A stretch of DNA of 64,000 nucleotides from Alphaproteobacteria bacterium (GTDB lineage Bacteria > Pseudomonadota > Alphaproteobacteria > SHVV01). Where the stretch lies: contig OZ253470.1 of assembly GCA_965261735.1 (NCBI GenBank), forward strand, positions 1,024,001-1,088,000, written 5' to 3'. The position numbers and the translations under genes are program-made. Of this stretch, positions 11,057 to 19,415 are shown piece by piece (the stretch's first letter is position 1; every line of letters starts with the position of its first letter). The notes under the pieces are model-generated. The model was not told the DNA's origin. It searched no databases and saw only the letters and a program-made list of their open reading frames with translations.

Positions 11057-12064
11057 CTACCTGCGGCCGGCGTCGACGGCACGCCAGTCCAGAGTCGTCG
11101 GCACGAACAGGTCCTCGACGGCGAGGCGCTTGGGCGAGATTCCCTGCTCGTGCGACCAGCGCGTCTGCGCCTCCAACGTCGGGCGATTCTTCTCGACACC
11201 GTAGGGCCAGTAGTCCTCGCCCATCAGCTTGATCGTGTCCTCGGCTTCCGCGACCAGCCACGGCAGCGTGACGGTCAACGCATCGAGTTCGCGCAGGCGC
11301 GGCAGGCACAGGGCCTTGGCAGTCTCGAACGCCTGCATGAGATTGAGCGCGAGCCACGGATGGCGCGCGAGCAGGTCGTCCTTGACGCCGAGCACGTGCA
11401 TGATCGGGAATACGCCGGTCTTCTGGAAGTAGGCGCGCTCGGCGCTGCGGAAGTCGGGAAACAGGCGCACGATAGGGGCGTTCCCATCGGTGAAGGCCTG
11501 TGGGTCGCGCGCGGCGACGATGGCGTCGATGCGGCCCGCGAGCAACAGCTCGGTGAGCGTCTCACCGGCGCCGATCGGCTCTATGTCGAGCCCCTCGGGC
11601 GGCGTGAAGCCCATATAGGCGTGGTCGAAGGGCTGATCGACCCCGCCCAGACGCCAGTGCATGTCGAGCGGGGCGACGCCGTGCTCGTCGCTCAGCATCC
11701 CCTTGACGCACAGCCCGCGGGTGAAGTGGTAATTGGGGAGCCCGATGGTTCGGCCCTTGAGGTCCTCCGGCCGCTTGATCGGGCCCTCGGCGTGGATCCA
11801 GATCGAGGAGTGCGCGAACACGCGCGACAGGATGACGGGCACGGCGCGGTAGGGGAAGTCGCCGCGCGAGCGCGCCAGCATGTAGGTGCTGAGCGACATC
11901 TCGGAGACGTCCCACTCGGCGTAGCGCATCATGCGTGCGAACGAGGACGACGGTGGCAGGTGGAAATAGGTGACCTCGCAGCCCTCGACCCCGACCTCGC
12001 CGCTGGCGAGGGCGCGGACGCGGTCGTAGTCGTCGGTGACGACCGATATCGGCACGAGCGGCAT
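11057..12064 (-). CDS. 4,5-dihydroxyphthalate decarboxylase-like protein (SBP fold)
   Basis: YDRVRAL, DVSEMSLS, FPIMH, YWPYGVEKN motifs. Confidence 0.8.
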   Translation of the reverse strand: MPLVPISVVTDDYDRVRALASGEVGVEGCEVTYFHLPPSSSFARMMRYAEWDVSEMSLSTYMLARSRGDFPYRAVPVILSRVFAHSSIWIHAEGPIKRPEDLKGRTIGLPNYHFTRGLCVKGMLSDEHGVAPLDMHWRLGGVDQPFDHAYMGFTPPEGLDIEPIGAGETLTELLLAGRIDAIVAARDPQAFTDGNAPIVRLFPDFRSAERAYFQKTGVFPIMHVLGVKDDLLARHPWLALNLMQAFETAKALCLPRLRELDALTVTLPWLVAEAEDTIKLMGEDYWPYGVEKNRPTLEAQTRWSHEQGISPKRLAVEDLFVPTTLDWRAVDAGRR

Positions 12065-12173
12065 GGCTCTCTCCGCGCTGGTTTCCCGCAGCTGCTCGAT
12101 TTACCCTCTTTCTCGGTCCGATACAAAGCCTCCCGCCGCGTCCGCCGAGGCCCGGGCTCGGCGGACGAGCTTG

Positions 12174-12202
12174 TTGACTCGCGAGGGCGCGAGTACGAAA
12201 GT
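12174..12202 (+). promoter_or_regulatory. Putative sigma70 promoter for binding protein 1
   Basis: TTGACT-17 bp-GAAAGT upstream of RBS GAGGAGG. Coordinates approximate. Confidence 0.45.
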
Positions 12203-12233
12203 TGCTGGAGCAAAACAGAAAACGAGGAGGACG

Positions 12234-13304
12234 ATGATGGGGTTCCATGGCAGACGGGGCTGGACGAGACTTGGCGGCCTCGCCGCGGTCGTGGCCGCGG
12301 TTGGATTGGTTGGCATGGTGGCCGCCCAGGCCGCGCCCTACGATGACGCCCTTCAGGCACGCTACGAACTCGCCAAGGCGGAGGGCGAGGTCATCATGTA
12401 CGGCGATCAGTCCGTCGAGCTCATCCAGGCGCTGGGCAACGCCTTCAAGAAGAAGTTTCCGGGCATCGATTTCGACTTCTTCCGCGGCGATACGACCCAG
12501 ATTCTGCAGCGCTTCGAGAGCGAGACCGCGGCCAAACGCCACAACATGGACATGCTGATGACCACCGCCACCCGCTCGTCACGGCTGGCGGCCGCCGGCT
12601 TCCTCGCGCCCTACGTCTCACCGGTGGCGCTGGCGTATCCGCCGGAACTGCAGCCGATGACGGGGTTCTGGCACAACTACGGCCTCAACTCCACGAGCTT
12701 CGCCTACAACACCGATCTCGTGAAGGGTATGGACGTACCCGAGACGCTGCAGGACCTGCTCGATCCCAAGTGGAAGGGCAAGATCGGCATGCAGGATCCC
12801 AAGTCCGGCGGTGGCGGCGCGCACACCTGGATCATGAACATGCACCGCTATTGGGGCGAGGAGAAATGGGCCGTCTACATGGAGAAGATGGGCAAGCAGA
12901 TCGGCAAGTACGGCCGCTACTTCCCCATCCGCGAGGCGCTGGCCTCGGGCGAGATCTCCATTCAGCTGGCGGCGTACCCCGAGTTTACCGAGCCCATCAA
13001 GCAAAAGGGCGCGCCGGTGGAGTGGGCCACGCCCGAGGTCATCACGTTCCTCGGCTTGTCGGTGCAGGTCTCCAGCAACGCACCCCATCCCAACGCTGCG
13101 AAGCTGTTGGTCGACTTCATCCTGACCGAGGAGGCCCAGAAGTTGACCGCCGAGGGTGGGAAGAACCCGGTGTGGGCGGCTAGCCGGCCGGCCGCGTACG
13201 GGCGCCTCAGCAAGGCGAATCTGATCGCCACGGAGATCAACTACGAAAAGCGCGACAAGGCTTGGTTCGACCGCGAAATCCGCAAGTACTTCGCGGTTCA
13301 ATAG
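12234..13304 (+). CDS. ABC transporter substrate-binding protein (AfuA/PotD class), copy 1
   Basis: Signal peptide, AYNTDLV, DLLDPKWKGKI, APHPNAAKLLVDF. Confidence 0.88.
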   Translation: MMGFHGRRGWTRLGGLAAVVAAVGLVGMVAAQAAPYDDALQARYELAKAEGEVIMYGDQSVELIQALGNAFKKKFPGIDFDFFRGDTTQILQRFESETAAKRHNMDMLMTTATRSSRLAAAGFLAPYVSPVALAYPPELQPMTGFWHNYGLNSTSFAYNTDLVKGMDVPETLQDLLDPKWKGKIGMQDPKSGGGGAHTWIMNMHRYWGEEKWAVYMEKMGKQIGKYGRYFPIREALASGEISIQLAAYPEFTEPIKQKGAPVEWATPEVITFLGLSVQVSSNAPHPNAAKLLVDFILTEEAQKLTAEGGKNPVWAASRPAAYGRLSKANLIATEINYEKRDKAWFDREIRKYFAVQ

Positions 13305-13305
13305 A

Positions 13306-13440
13306 CGTTATCCCGGCGCTGCGGCGTCCGGGATAACGAAGTCGGTGATAGGGGCACCATAGGGGGCGGAGGAAACCCAGCCGAAGCCCAGGGTGCCCCT
13401 TTCCCCGACCGAGCGAACGGCGGTGGCGTCGCCCGGTCGG
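13306..13440 (+). repeat. Three tandem stem-loops between the two binding-protein genes
   Basis: CGTTATCCCGG/CCGGGATAACG, AGGGGCACC/GGTGCCCCT and CCGACCG/CGGTCGG inverted repeats. Confidence 0.7.
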
Positions 13441-13465
13441 GTGCTGCGACGGCCCAGGCGACTTA

Positions 13466-13649
13466 TTGACTCACGATCCTTTAAGCTTCAATATTCTTTT
13501 CAGGGTAGTGGCGAACCGCAGCGGTGAGCGCGCCGCACGTGCTTTTTCTGGCATCTGCTTGGGCGCTTCTCGACAAGGCGGTTCGGCCAGCATTCCCGAT
13601 TTGTGGCCCCGCGGCGGGCCTTGACTCACGCCAGGCGCGGTTTCACTGT
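13466..13649 (+). promoter_or_regulatory. Two putative tandem sigma70 promoters for binding protein 2
   Basis: TTGACT-17 bp-CAATAT and TTGACT-17 bp-CACTGT; both begin TTGACTCACG. Confidence 0.5.
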
Positions 13650-13692
13650 GCCGGCTCGACAGGGGTTAGGTATTCCCACAGGGAGGACGACG

Positions 13693-14757
13693 ATGGAACG
13701 ACTTACGAGATTTGCACTTGCGGGGGCCTTTGCGGTCGGATCGGCGTGGGCCTTGGCGCTGACAGGCGTCGCCGCAGCGCCATACGACGACGCGCTCAAC
13801 GCTCGTCACGAACTGGCGAAGAAAGAGGGCAAGGTCGTCATGTACGGCGATCAGTCCGTCGAGCTGATCCAAGAGCTCGGCGACGCCTTCAAAAAGCGCT
13901 TTCCCGGCATCGACTTCGACTTCTTCCGTGGTGACACGACCCAGATCATGCAGCGCTACGAGAGCGAGACCGCGGCCAAGCGCCACAACATGGACATGTT
14001 GATGACGACCGCCAACCGCTCCCAGACTCTGGCGGGCAAGGGCTGGCTCATGCCGTACGTCTCGCCGGTCTCGTTGAGCTACGACCGGTCGCTGCAGCCG
14101 CAAAACGGCATGTGGCACAACTACGGCCTCAACACCACGAGCTTCGCCTACAACACCGATCTCGTGAAGCCGGAAGACGCTCCGAAGAGCTGGCACGACC
14201 TGCTCGACCCCAAGTGGAAGGGCAAGATCGGCATGCAGGATCCGAAGTCCGGCGGCGGCGGCGCCCACACCTGGATCATGAAGATGCACCGGGAACTGGG
14301 CGAGGCCGAGTGGCGCAAGTACATGGATACGATGGGCAAGCAGATCGGCAAATACGGCCGCTACTTCCCGATCCGCGAGGCCCTGGCCTCGGGCGAGATC
14401 GCCATTCACCTGGCGGCGTATCCCGACTTCACCGAGCCGCTCAAGATCAAGGGCGCCCCGATCGAGTGGGCCGTGCCCGAGTTCGTGTACTACCTGGGAT
14501 TGACGCTGCAGATCAACGCTTCGGCCCCGAATCCCAATGCGGCCAAGCTACTGCTCGATTTCTTGCTGACCCCAACGGCCCAGCAGATCATCGCCAATGC
14601 CGGCAAGATACCGGCCGATCCGGACAAGCGCCCCGGTGGGTACGCGCGCCTCAACAAAACCAAGCTGATCGAGACCGACTACTCGATCATCTACGACATG
14701 CATGACAAGGCATGGTTCGACGTGGAGATTCGCAAGTATTTCGCCGCGAATCGGTAA
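13693..14757 (+). CDS. ABC transporter substrate-binding protein, copy 2
   Basis: Close paralog of copy 1 with shared blocks such as YGDQSVELIQ and GMQDPKSGGGGAHTWIM. RBS GGAGG. Confidence 0.88.
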   Translation: MERLTRFALAGAFAVGSAWALALTGVAAAPYDDALNARHELAKKEGKVVMYGDQSVELIQELGDAFKKRFPGIDFDFFRGDTTQIMQRYESETAAKRHNMDMLMTTANRSQTLAGKGWLMPYVSPVSLSYDRSLQPQNGMWHNYGLNTTSFAYNTDLVKPEDAPKSWHDLLDPKWKGKIGMQDPKSGGGGAHTWIMKMHRELGEAEWRKYMDTMGKQIGKYGRYFPIREALASGEIAIHLAAYPDFTEPLKIKGAPIEWAVPEFVYYLGLTLQINASAPNPNAAKLLLDFLLTPTAQQIIANAGKIPADPDKRPGGYARLNKTKLIETDYSIIYDMHDKAWFDVEIRKYFAANR

Positions 14758-14776
14758 TCCACGGAACGTCTGAAAT

Positions 14777-14807
14777 CGGGGGCCGTGCCTTCGGGCGCGG
14801 CCCCCCG
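14777..14807 (+). terminator. GC-rich hairpin with C(UUCG)G loop after binding protein 2 (terminator or mRNA stabiliser)
   Basis: GGGGGCCGTGCC-TTCG-GGCGCGGCCCCC, followed by GTTCGTT. Confidence 0.65.
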
Positions 14808-14972
14808 TTCGTTCGGGTGAGGTGCCGTGCTACCAGAAGAGTCGCGAGCCGGCAGCCAGCGCGCCGGGCGGGCTTTTCGATTGCCCGGCGCCCAGGGCCG
14901 TGGTTCAGTAGCGCCAAAATACGGGGTGAGACTGCGGCCGAACGCCGTTGCGGCAACAGCGGGGAAGAGAGC

Positions 14973-16049
14973 GTGCCTGATGTGAAGATTTCCGGTCTAA
15001 CCAAGCGCTTTGGCGAGACCACGGCTGTCCTAGAGATGAATCTGCATGTCGAGGAAGGAAGCCTGACGACGTTCCTCGGGCCCTCCGGATGCGGCAAGAC
15101 GACCACGCTACGCATGATCGCCGGTCTCGAAACCCCGACCAGCGGCTCGATCACCATCGGCGGCGAAGTCGTGTGCGGCGACGGCACCTTTATCCAGCCC
15201 GAGCGGCGCCAGATCGGCATGGTGTTTCAGTCCTACGCCATCTGGCCGCACATGAACGTGTTCAACAACGTGGCCTACCCCCTTCAAGTGCGCCGTCTGC
15301 CAAAGAAGGATGTGCGCGAGCGGACGATGGAGGCGCTCAACACCGTCCAGCTCACGGAGCTGGCGGAGCGCTATCCGTCGCAGCTTTCGGGCGGCCAGCA
15401 GCAGCGCGTGGCGGTCGCACGCGCCATCGTCTTCGCGCCGCGCATCCTGCTCTTCGACGAGCCGCTGTCGAACCTCGACGCCAAGCTGCGCGAGCAGATG
15501 AGGATCGAGCTGCGCGAGCTCCAGCAGCGGCTCGGCGTGACCACCCTGTACGTGACCCACGACCAGCAGGAAGCGCTAGCGATCAGCGATCAGGTCGCGG
15601 TCATGGAGCTCGGCAGCATCATTCAGCTCGGCAAGCCTCAGGACATCTACGAGGAGCCGGCGAACCGATTCGTGGCCGATTTCGTCGGCTGGACGAATTT
15701 CCTGCTCGGCACGGTTGCCGGCGAGGGCTCCTCAACCAACGGGGGCGGTGTGGATGTTGGGGGATCGAAGATTTCGTGCACGGTGCCCGAGGGCGCCGCG
15801 GCGGGGGCGCCGGTTGAAATCACGATTCGCCCCGTCGACGTGCGCATCGCCAGCGGCGGCGTGTCGGGCGACAACGTCCTCAATGGCAAGGTCCGCGGCA
15901 CCATCTATATGGGCAAGTACATGATCTGCGACGTCTTCGTTGGCGACCACGTCATGCAAGGCTATGGCGATCTCGGCGCCAACCTGGCGATCGGGCAGAA
16001 TGTGGACGTCACCTTCGCTCCCGAAGCAGTCCGCGTGCTGAGCGTCTGA
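14973..16049 (+). CDS. ABC transporter ATP-binding protein (PotA/FbpC-like)
   Basis: GPSGCGKT, LSGGQQQR, LLFDEP, C-terminal TOBE-like domain. Confidence 0.92.
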   Translation: MPDVKISGLTKRFGETTAVLEMNLHVEEGSLTTFLGPSGCGKTTTLRMIAGLETPTSGSITIGGEVVCGDGTFIQPERRQIGMVFQSYAIWPHMNVFNNVAYPLQVRRLPKKDVRERTMEALNTVQLTELAERYPSQLSGGQQQRVAVARAIVFAPRILLFDEPLSNLDAKLREQMRIELRELQQRLGVTTLYVTHDQQEALAISDQVAVMELGSIIQLGKPQDIYEEPANRFVADFVGWTNFLLGTVAGEGSSTNGGGVDVGGSKISCTVPEGAAAGAPVEITIRPVDVRIASGGVSGDNVLNGKVRGTIYMGKYMICDVFVGDHVMQGYGDLGANLAIGQNVDVTFAPEAVRVLSV

Positions 16050-16050
16050 C

Positions 16051-17811
16051 GTGGCCGCACCGTCATACGCCGTCGATGCCCCGCGGGCGACTTCGCTTTT
16101 CCGCCGCTACAACATCAGTGCCGGCAATATCGTGCTCGTCGGCATGGTGGTGCTGGTCACCTTCCTCGCCCTCTATCCGATCTACTGGCTTCTCCGCGGC
16201 AGCTTCTACTCGGCGGCGCCGCTCCAGGAAGGCCACTTCACTCTCAGCAACTACACCAAGTCGTTCACGGATCCGTTTGTCTACTCGACGCTGTGGAACA
16301 CGCTGATCTTCTCGTTCGGGCAGATGGTGCTGTCGATCGTTATCGGCGCCGGCCTCGGATGGATCATCGTCCGCACCAACACGCCGGGCCGGCGCGTCTT
16401 CGAGTTGCTCTCGCTCATCGTTTTCCTCATACCCGGGATTTTGGCGGTTCTCGCCTTCACCATGCTGTTGAGCCCGTCCAAGGGCCTCATCAATCAGCTG
16501 CTGCAGTGGATCTTCGGTTTCGAAACGGGGCCGTTCAACATCTACTCGATGGGCGGGATGATCTTCATTCAGGGCGTGTACCTGGCGCCCTTCACCTACC
16601 TCATGATCGCGCCCGCGTTCGCCTCGATCGATTCCGGCTTCGAGGAGTCGGCACGGATGTCGGGATCGGGCATCCTTCAGACCTTCCGCAAAATCACCTT
16701 GCCGCTGACCTTTCCGGCGATCGCGTCGACCGCGCTATTCATGTTCATCGTCGGCCTCGAATCGTTCGACATCCCGCAGATGCTAGGCGTGCAGGAAGGC
16801 ATCTACACCTATGTCACGCTGATCTACACGAACGTCGGCATTCAGTATCCGCCCGACTACGGTGCGGCGACGTCGCTGTCGACGAGCCTGCTCGCCGTCG
16901 CCCTCGTCCTCGTCTACTTCTACCGCCGGTCCGTGCGCCAGGCCTCGCGCTATGAGACGATCAAGGGCAAGGGATACCGTGTCGGCGCCGCCGACATAGG
17001 CCGATGGAAGTGGGTCACCTTCGGAATCTGCGTGGCCTATTTCACGCTCACCGTGGCCTTGCCTTTGATCATCATCATCATCGGTTCGTTCCTCAACTAC
17101 TTCGGCAAGTTCACGCTCGAGGTCTTCAGCCGCATGACCTGGGACAACTACCCCCGTGTGCTCAGGCACCCGGCGCTGGTCGACGGCTTCATCAACAGCG
17201 TTGGGCTGGCGGTCATCGCCGGAGCGGTGTGCGTCTTCATGGCGGCGGTCATCGGCTACGTAACGATGCGCACGCGCGTTCCTGGCCGCGGCCTGCTCGA
17301 CGGCATTGCCATGCTGCCGGTGGCCTTCCCGGCCACGGTCTTGGGCGTTGCGCTGCTATGGGCCTATGTGATCTTGCCACCCTGGGTGCCGATCTACGGC
17401 ACCATCTTCATCCTCGCCGTCGCCTACATCACGCGCTACGTGCCCATCGGCCTGCGCGTCATTTCGGGCGGCATCATTCAGATCAGCGCCGAACTCGAGG
17501 ACTCCTCGAAAATGTCCGGCGCGGGGTGGATTTACGGCTTCCGCCGCATCATCCTGCCATTGATGCGGCCCGCGCTCGCCGCGGCCTGGCTTATCATGTT
17601 CATGCTGTTCCTGCGCGAGCTGTCGATGTCGATCATTCTCGCCGGCACCGGTAACCCGGTCGCCACTGTGATCATGTTCGACTACTACCAGTCGGGCGAG
17701 CTGCCGCCGATGGCGGCCGCGTCGGTACTGATGATCGCCATCATGATCTTCATGGTGTGGTTCGCGCGTAGGGTGATGAAGATCAGCTACACCGATGTTC
17801 GGGTGGGCTGA
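16051..17811 (+). CDS. ABC transporter permease, fused two-domain FbpB type, copy 1
   Basis: Two EAA-like motifs (EESARMSG, EDSSKMSGA) and many TM segments. Confidence 0.9.
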   Translation: MAAPSYAVDAPRATSLFRRYNISAGNIVLVGMVVLVTFLALYPIYWLLRGSFYSAAPLQEGHFTLSNYTKSFTDPFVYSTLWNTLIFSFGQMVLSIVIGAGLGWIIVRTNTPGRRVFELLSLIVFLIPGILAVLAFTMLLSPSKGLINQLLQWIFGFETGPFNIYSMGGMIFIQGVYLAPFTYLMIAPAFASIDSGFEESARMSGSGILQTFRKITLPLTFPAIASTALFMFIVGLESFDIPQMLGVQEGIYTYVTLIYTNVGIQYPPDYGAATSLSTSLLAVALVLVYFYRRSVRQASRYETIKGKGYRVGAADIGRWKWVTFGICVAYFTLTVALPLIIIIIGSFLNYFGKFTLEVFSRMTWDNYPRVLRHPALVDGFINSVGLAVIAGAVCVFMAAVIGYVTMRTRVPGRGLLDGIAMLPVAFPATVLGVALLWAYVILPPWVPIYGTIFILAVAYITRYVPIGLRVISGGIIQISAELEDSSKMSGAGWIYGFRRIILPLMRPALAAAWLIMFMLFLRELSMSIILAGTGNPVATVIMFDYYQSGELPPMAAASVLMIAIMIFMVWFARRVMKISYTDVRVG

Positions 17812-17830
17812 GGCCAGGCGGGGCCCGATC

Positions 17831-19270
17831 TCAGGAGATTGCCAGCGGCGGCGGCGCGAACGGGCGCATTAATTCGCAGGCGCGCGCGGCCCGCAATACG
17901 AGGGCCTCGGCGTAGGGCGGCCCGACGATCTGCATGCCCACCGGTAAGCCCTCGCCCGTGCATCCGACGGCGACGCAGGCGGCGGGCTGGCCGGTCAGGT
18001 TGAACGGGTAGCTGAAGACCTTCCAATCCTGTCCGTTCGTCATACCGCGGCTTTTCGGGTAGTCGCACCCGGCCTCGAACGCCGGCACCGATACCTGCGG
18101 CGTCACCAGAAGATCGTAACGCTCATGAAAGCGGCCCATGCACCGGCCGAGCTCGGCGCGCACGGCGTCCGCCTCGAGGATGTCACTGACGCTCTTCGTG
18201 GCCCCGCGATCGAGGAAGTCCCGAAGCCCGGGGTCTAGGAGCTCCCTCTTTTCGGCGCTCAGCCCCCTCATGAGGTACGCGTAGCGAGCCGAGAAGAAGG
18301 TCGTTTGGGCCGCGAACGGGCTATCGAAGCCGGGGTTGGCCTCCTCGACGTGAGCGCCGAGCTGGCTCAGCTTATCGGCGGCGCCCGCGACCACGCTTGC
18401 GACCTCGGGATCGACCTCGGCGTAGCCGAAGTCGCGGCTGAACCCGACGCGCAATCCATGGACACCGGCTTCGAGGCCGACGCGATAGTCGCGCGCCTCG
18501 AAGGGCAGCGCCCACCAGTCGCGCGAGTCGGGCTCGGCGATGACGTTGAGCGCAAGGGCGAGGTCGGCGACCGAGCGGGTCAGCGGACCGACGGCGCCGA
18601 TGGAGCCCGGCGTGTTGTTCGGATAAAAGGGGACGCGGCCGGTTGTCGGCTTGAGGCCATAGACGCCGCTGAACGAGGCCGGGTTGCGCACCGACCCGCC
18701 GCCATCGCCGCCGAGGTGGAGCGCCCCCATGCCGGCCGCGGCCGCCGCGGCGGCGCCGCCGCTCGAGCCGCCCGGCGTTTGTTCGGTGTTCCACGGGTTG
18801 CGCGTAATGCCGTAGATCGGCGAGTGGGTCACGCCCTTCCAGCTGAACTCGGGCGCCGTCGTCTTGCCGACCAGGACGGCGCCGTGCGCCCGCAGGCGCG
18901 CTACCGCCGGCGAGTCCTCCACCCACGGCCCATCGGGCGAGATCGTCTTGGAGCCGCGCCGGGTTGGCCAGCCCTTCGTCAGGAACGCATCCTTGATCGT
19001 TGTCGGCACGCCGTCGACGAGGCCGAGCGGCGCGCCGGTGTGCCAGCGCTCCTCGGACAGGCGGGCCGACTCGAGCGCCGACTCGGCGTCGATCACGCAA
19101 AAGGCGTTGAGCGCGGGGTTGAGCCGCTCGATCCGATCGAGCACGGCCTGTGTCACCTCGACGGGGGATAGCTGTTGCGCGCGATAGCGGGCAACTAACT
19201 CCGTCGCGCTCAAGAGGGCGACATCGTGTCCCAAGTCTGCTCCGATAATGGTTTGCCGTTGCCTACGCAT
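17831..19270 (-). CDS. Amidase signature family protein
   Basis: TTIKD, GGSSGG, GGDGGGSVRNPA (Ser-cisSer-Lys triad). True start may be the TTG near 19234. Confidence 0.9.
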   Translation of the reverse strand: MRRQRQTIIGADLGHDVALLSATELVARYRAQQLSPVEVTQAVLDRIERLNPALNAFCVIDAESALESARLSEERWHTGAPLGLVDGVPTTIKDAFLTKGWPTRRGSKTISPDGPWVEDSPAVARLRAHGAVLVGKTTAPEFSWKGVTHSPIYGITRNPWNTEQTPGGSSGGAAAAAAAGMGALHLGGDGGGSVRNPASFSGVYGLKPTTGRVPFYPNNTPGSIGAVGPLTRSVADLALALNVIAEPDSRDWWALPFEARDYRVGLEAGVHGLRVGFSRDFGYAEVDPEVASVVAGAADKLSQLGAHVEEANPGFDSPFAAQTTFFSARYAYLMRGLSAEKRELLDPGLRDFLDRGATKSVSDILEADAVRAELGRCMGRFHERYDLLVTPQVSVPAFEAGCDYPKSRGMTNGQDWKVFSYPFNLTGQPAACVAVGCTGEGLPVGMQIVGPPYAEALVLRAARACELMRPFAPPPLAIS

Positions 19271-19415
19271 CGCCGATAAGAGCCGGCATGATGCGTCGGT
19301 TCAAGCAAAAGCAGCGCCTCGGCGCTCGTCTATACAGGCTCCGAGGGCTCCTCTACACTGGCTCCAGCGAAAGGCCAGCGCGGCAGCGGCGCGGCCATGA
19401 AACGGGGAAGACTCC

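Noticed and set aside
13306-13690. Possible riboswitch or CRISPR array in the long intergenic region
   Set aside because: No recognisable riboswitch consensus and no repeated units with spacers; only hairpins and promoters.
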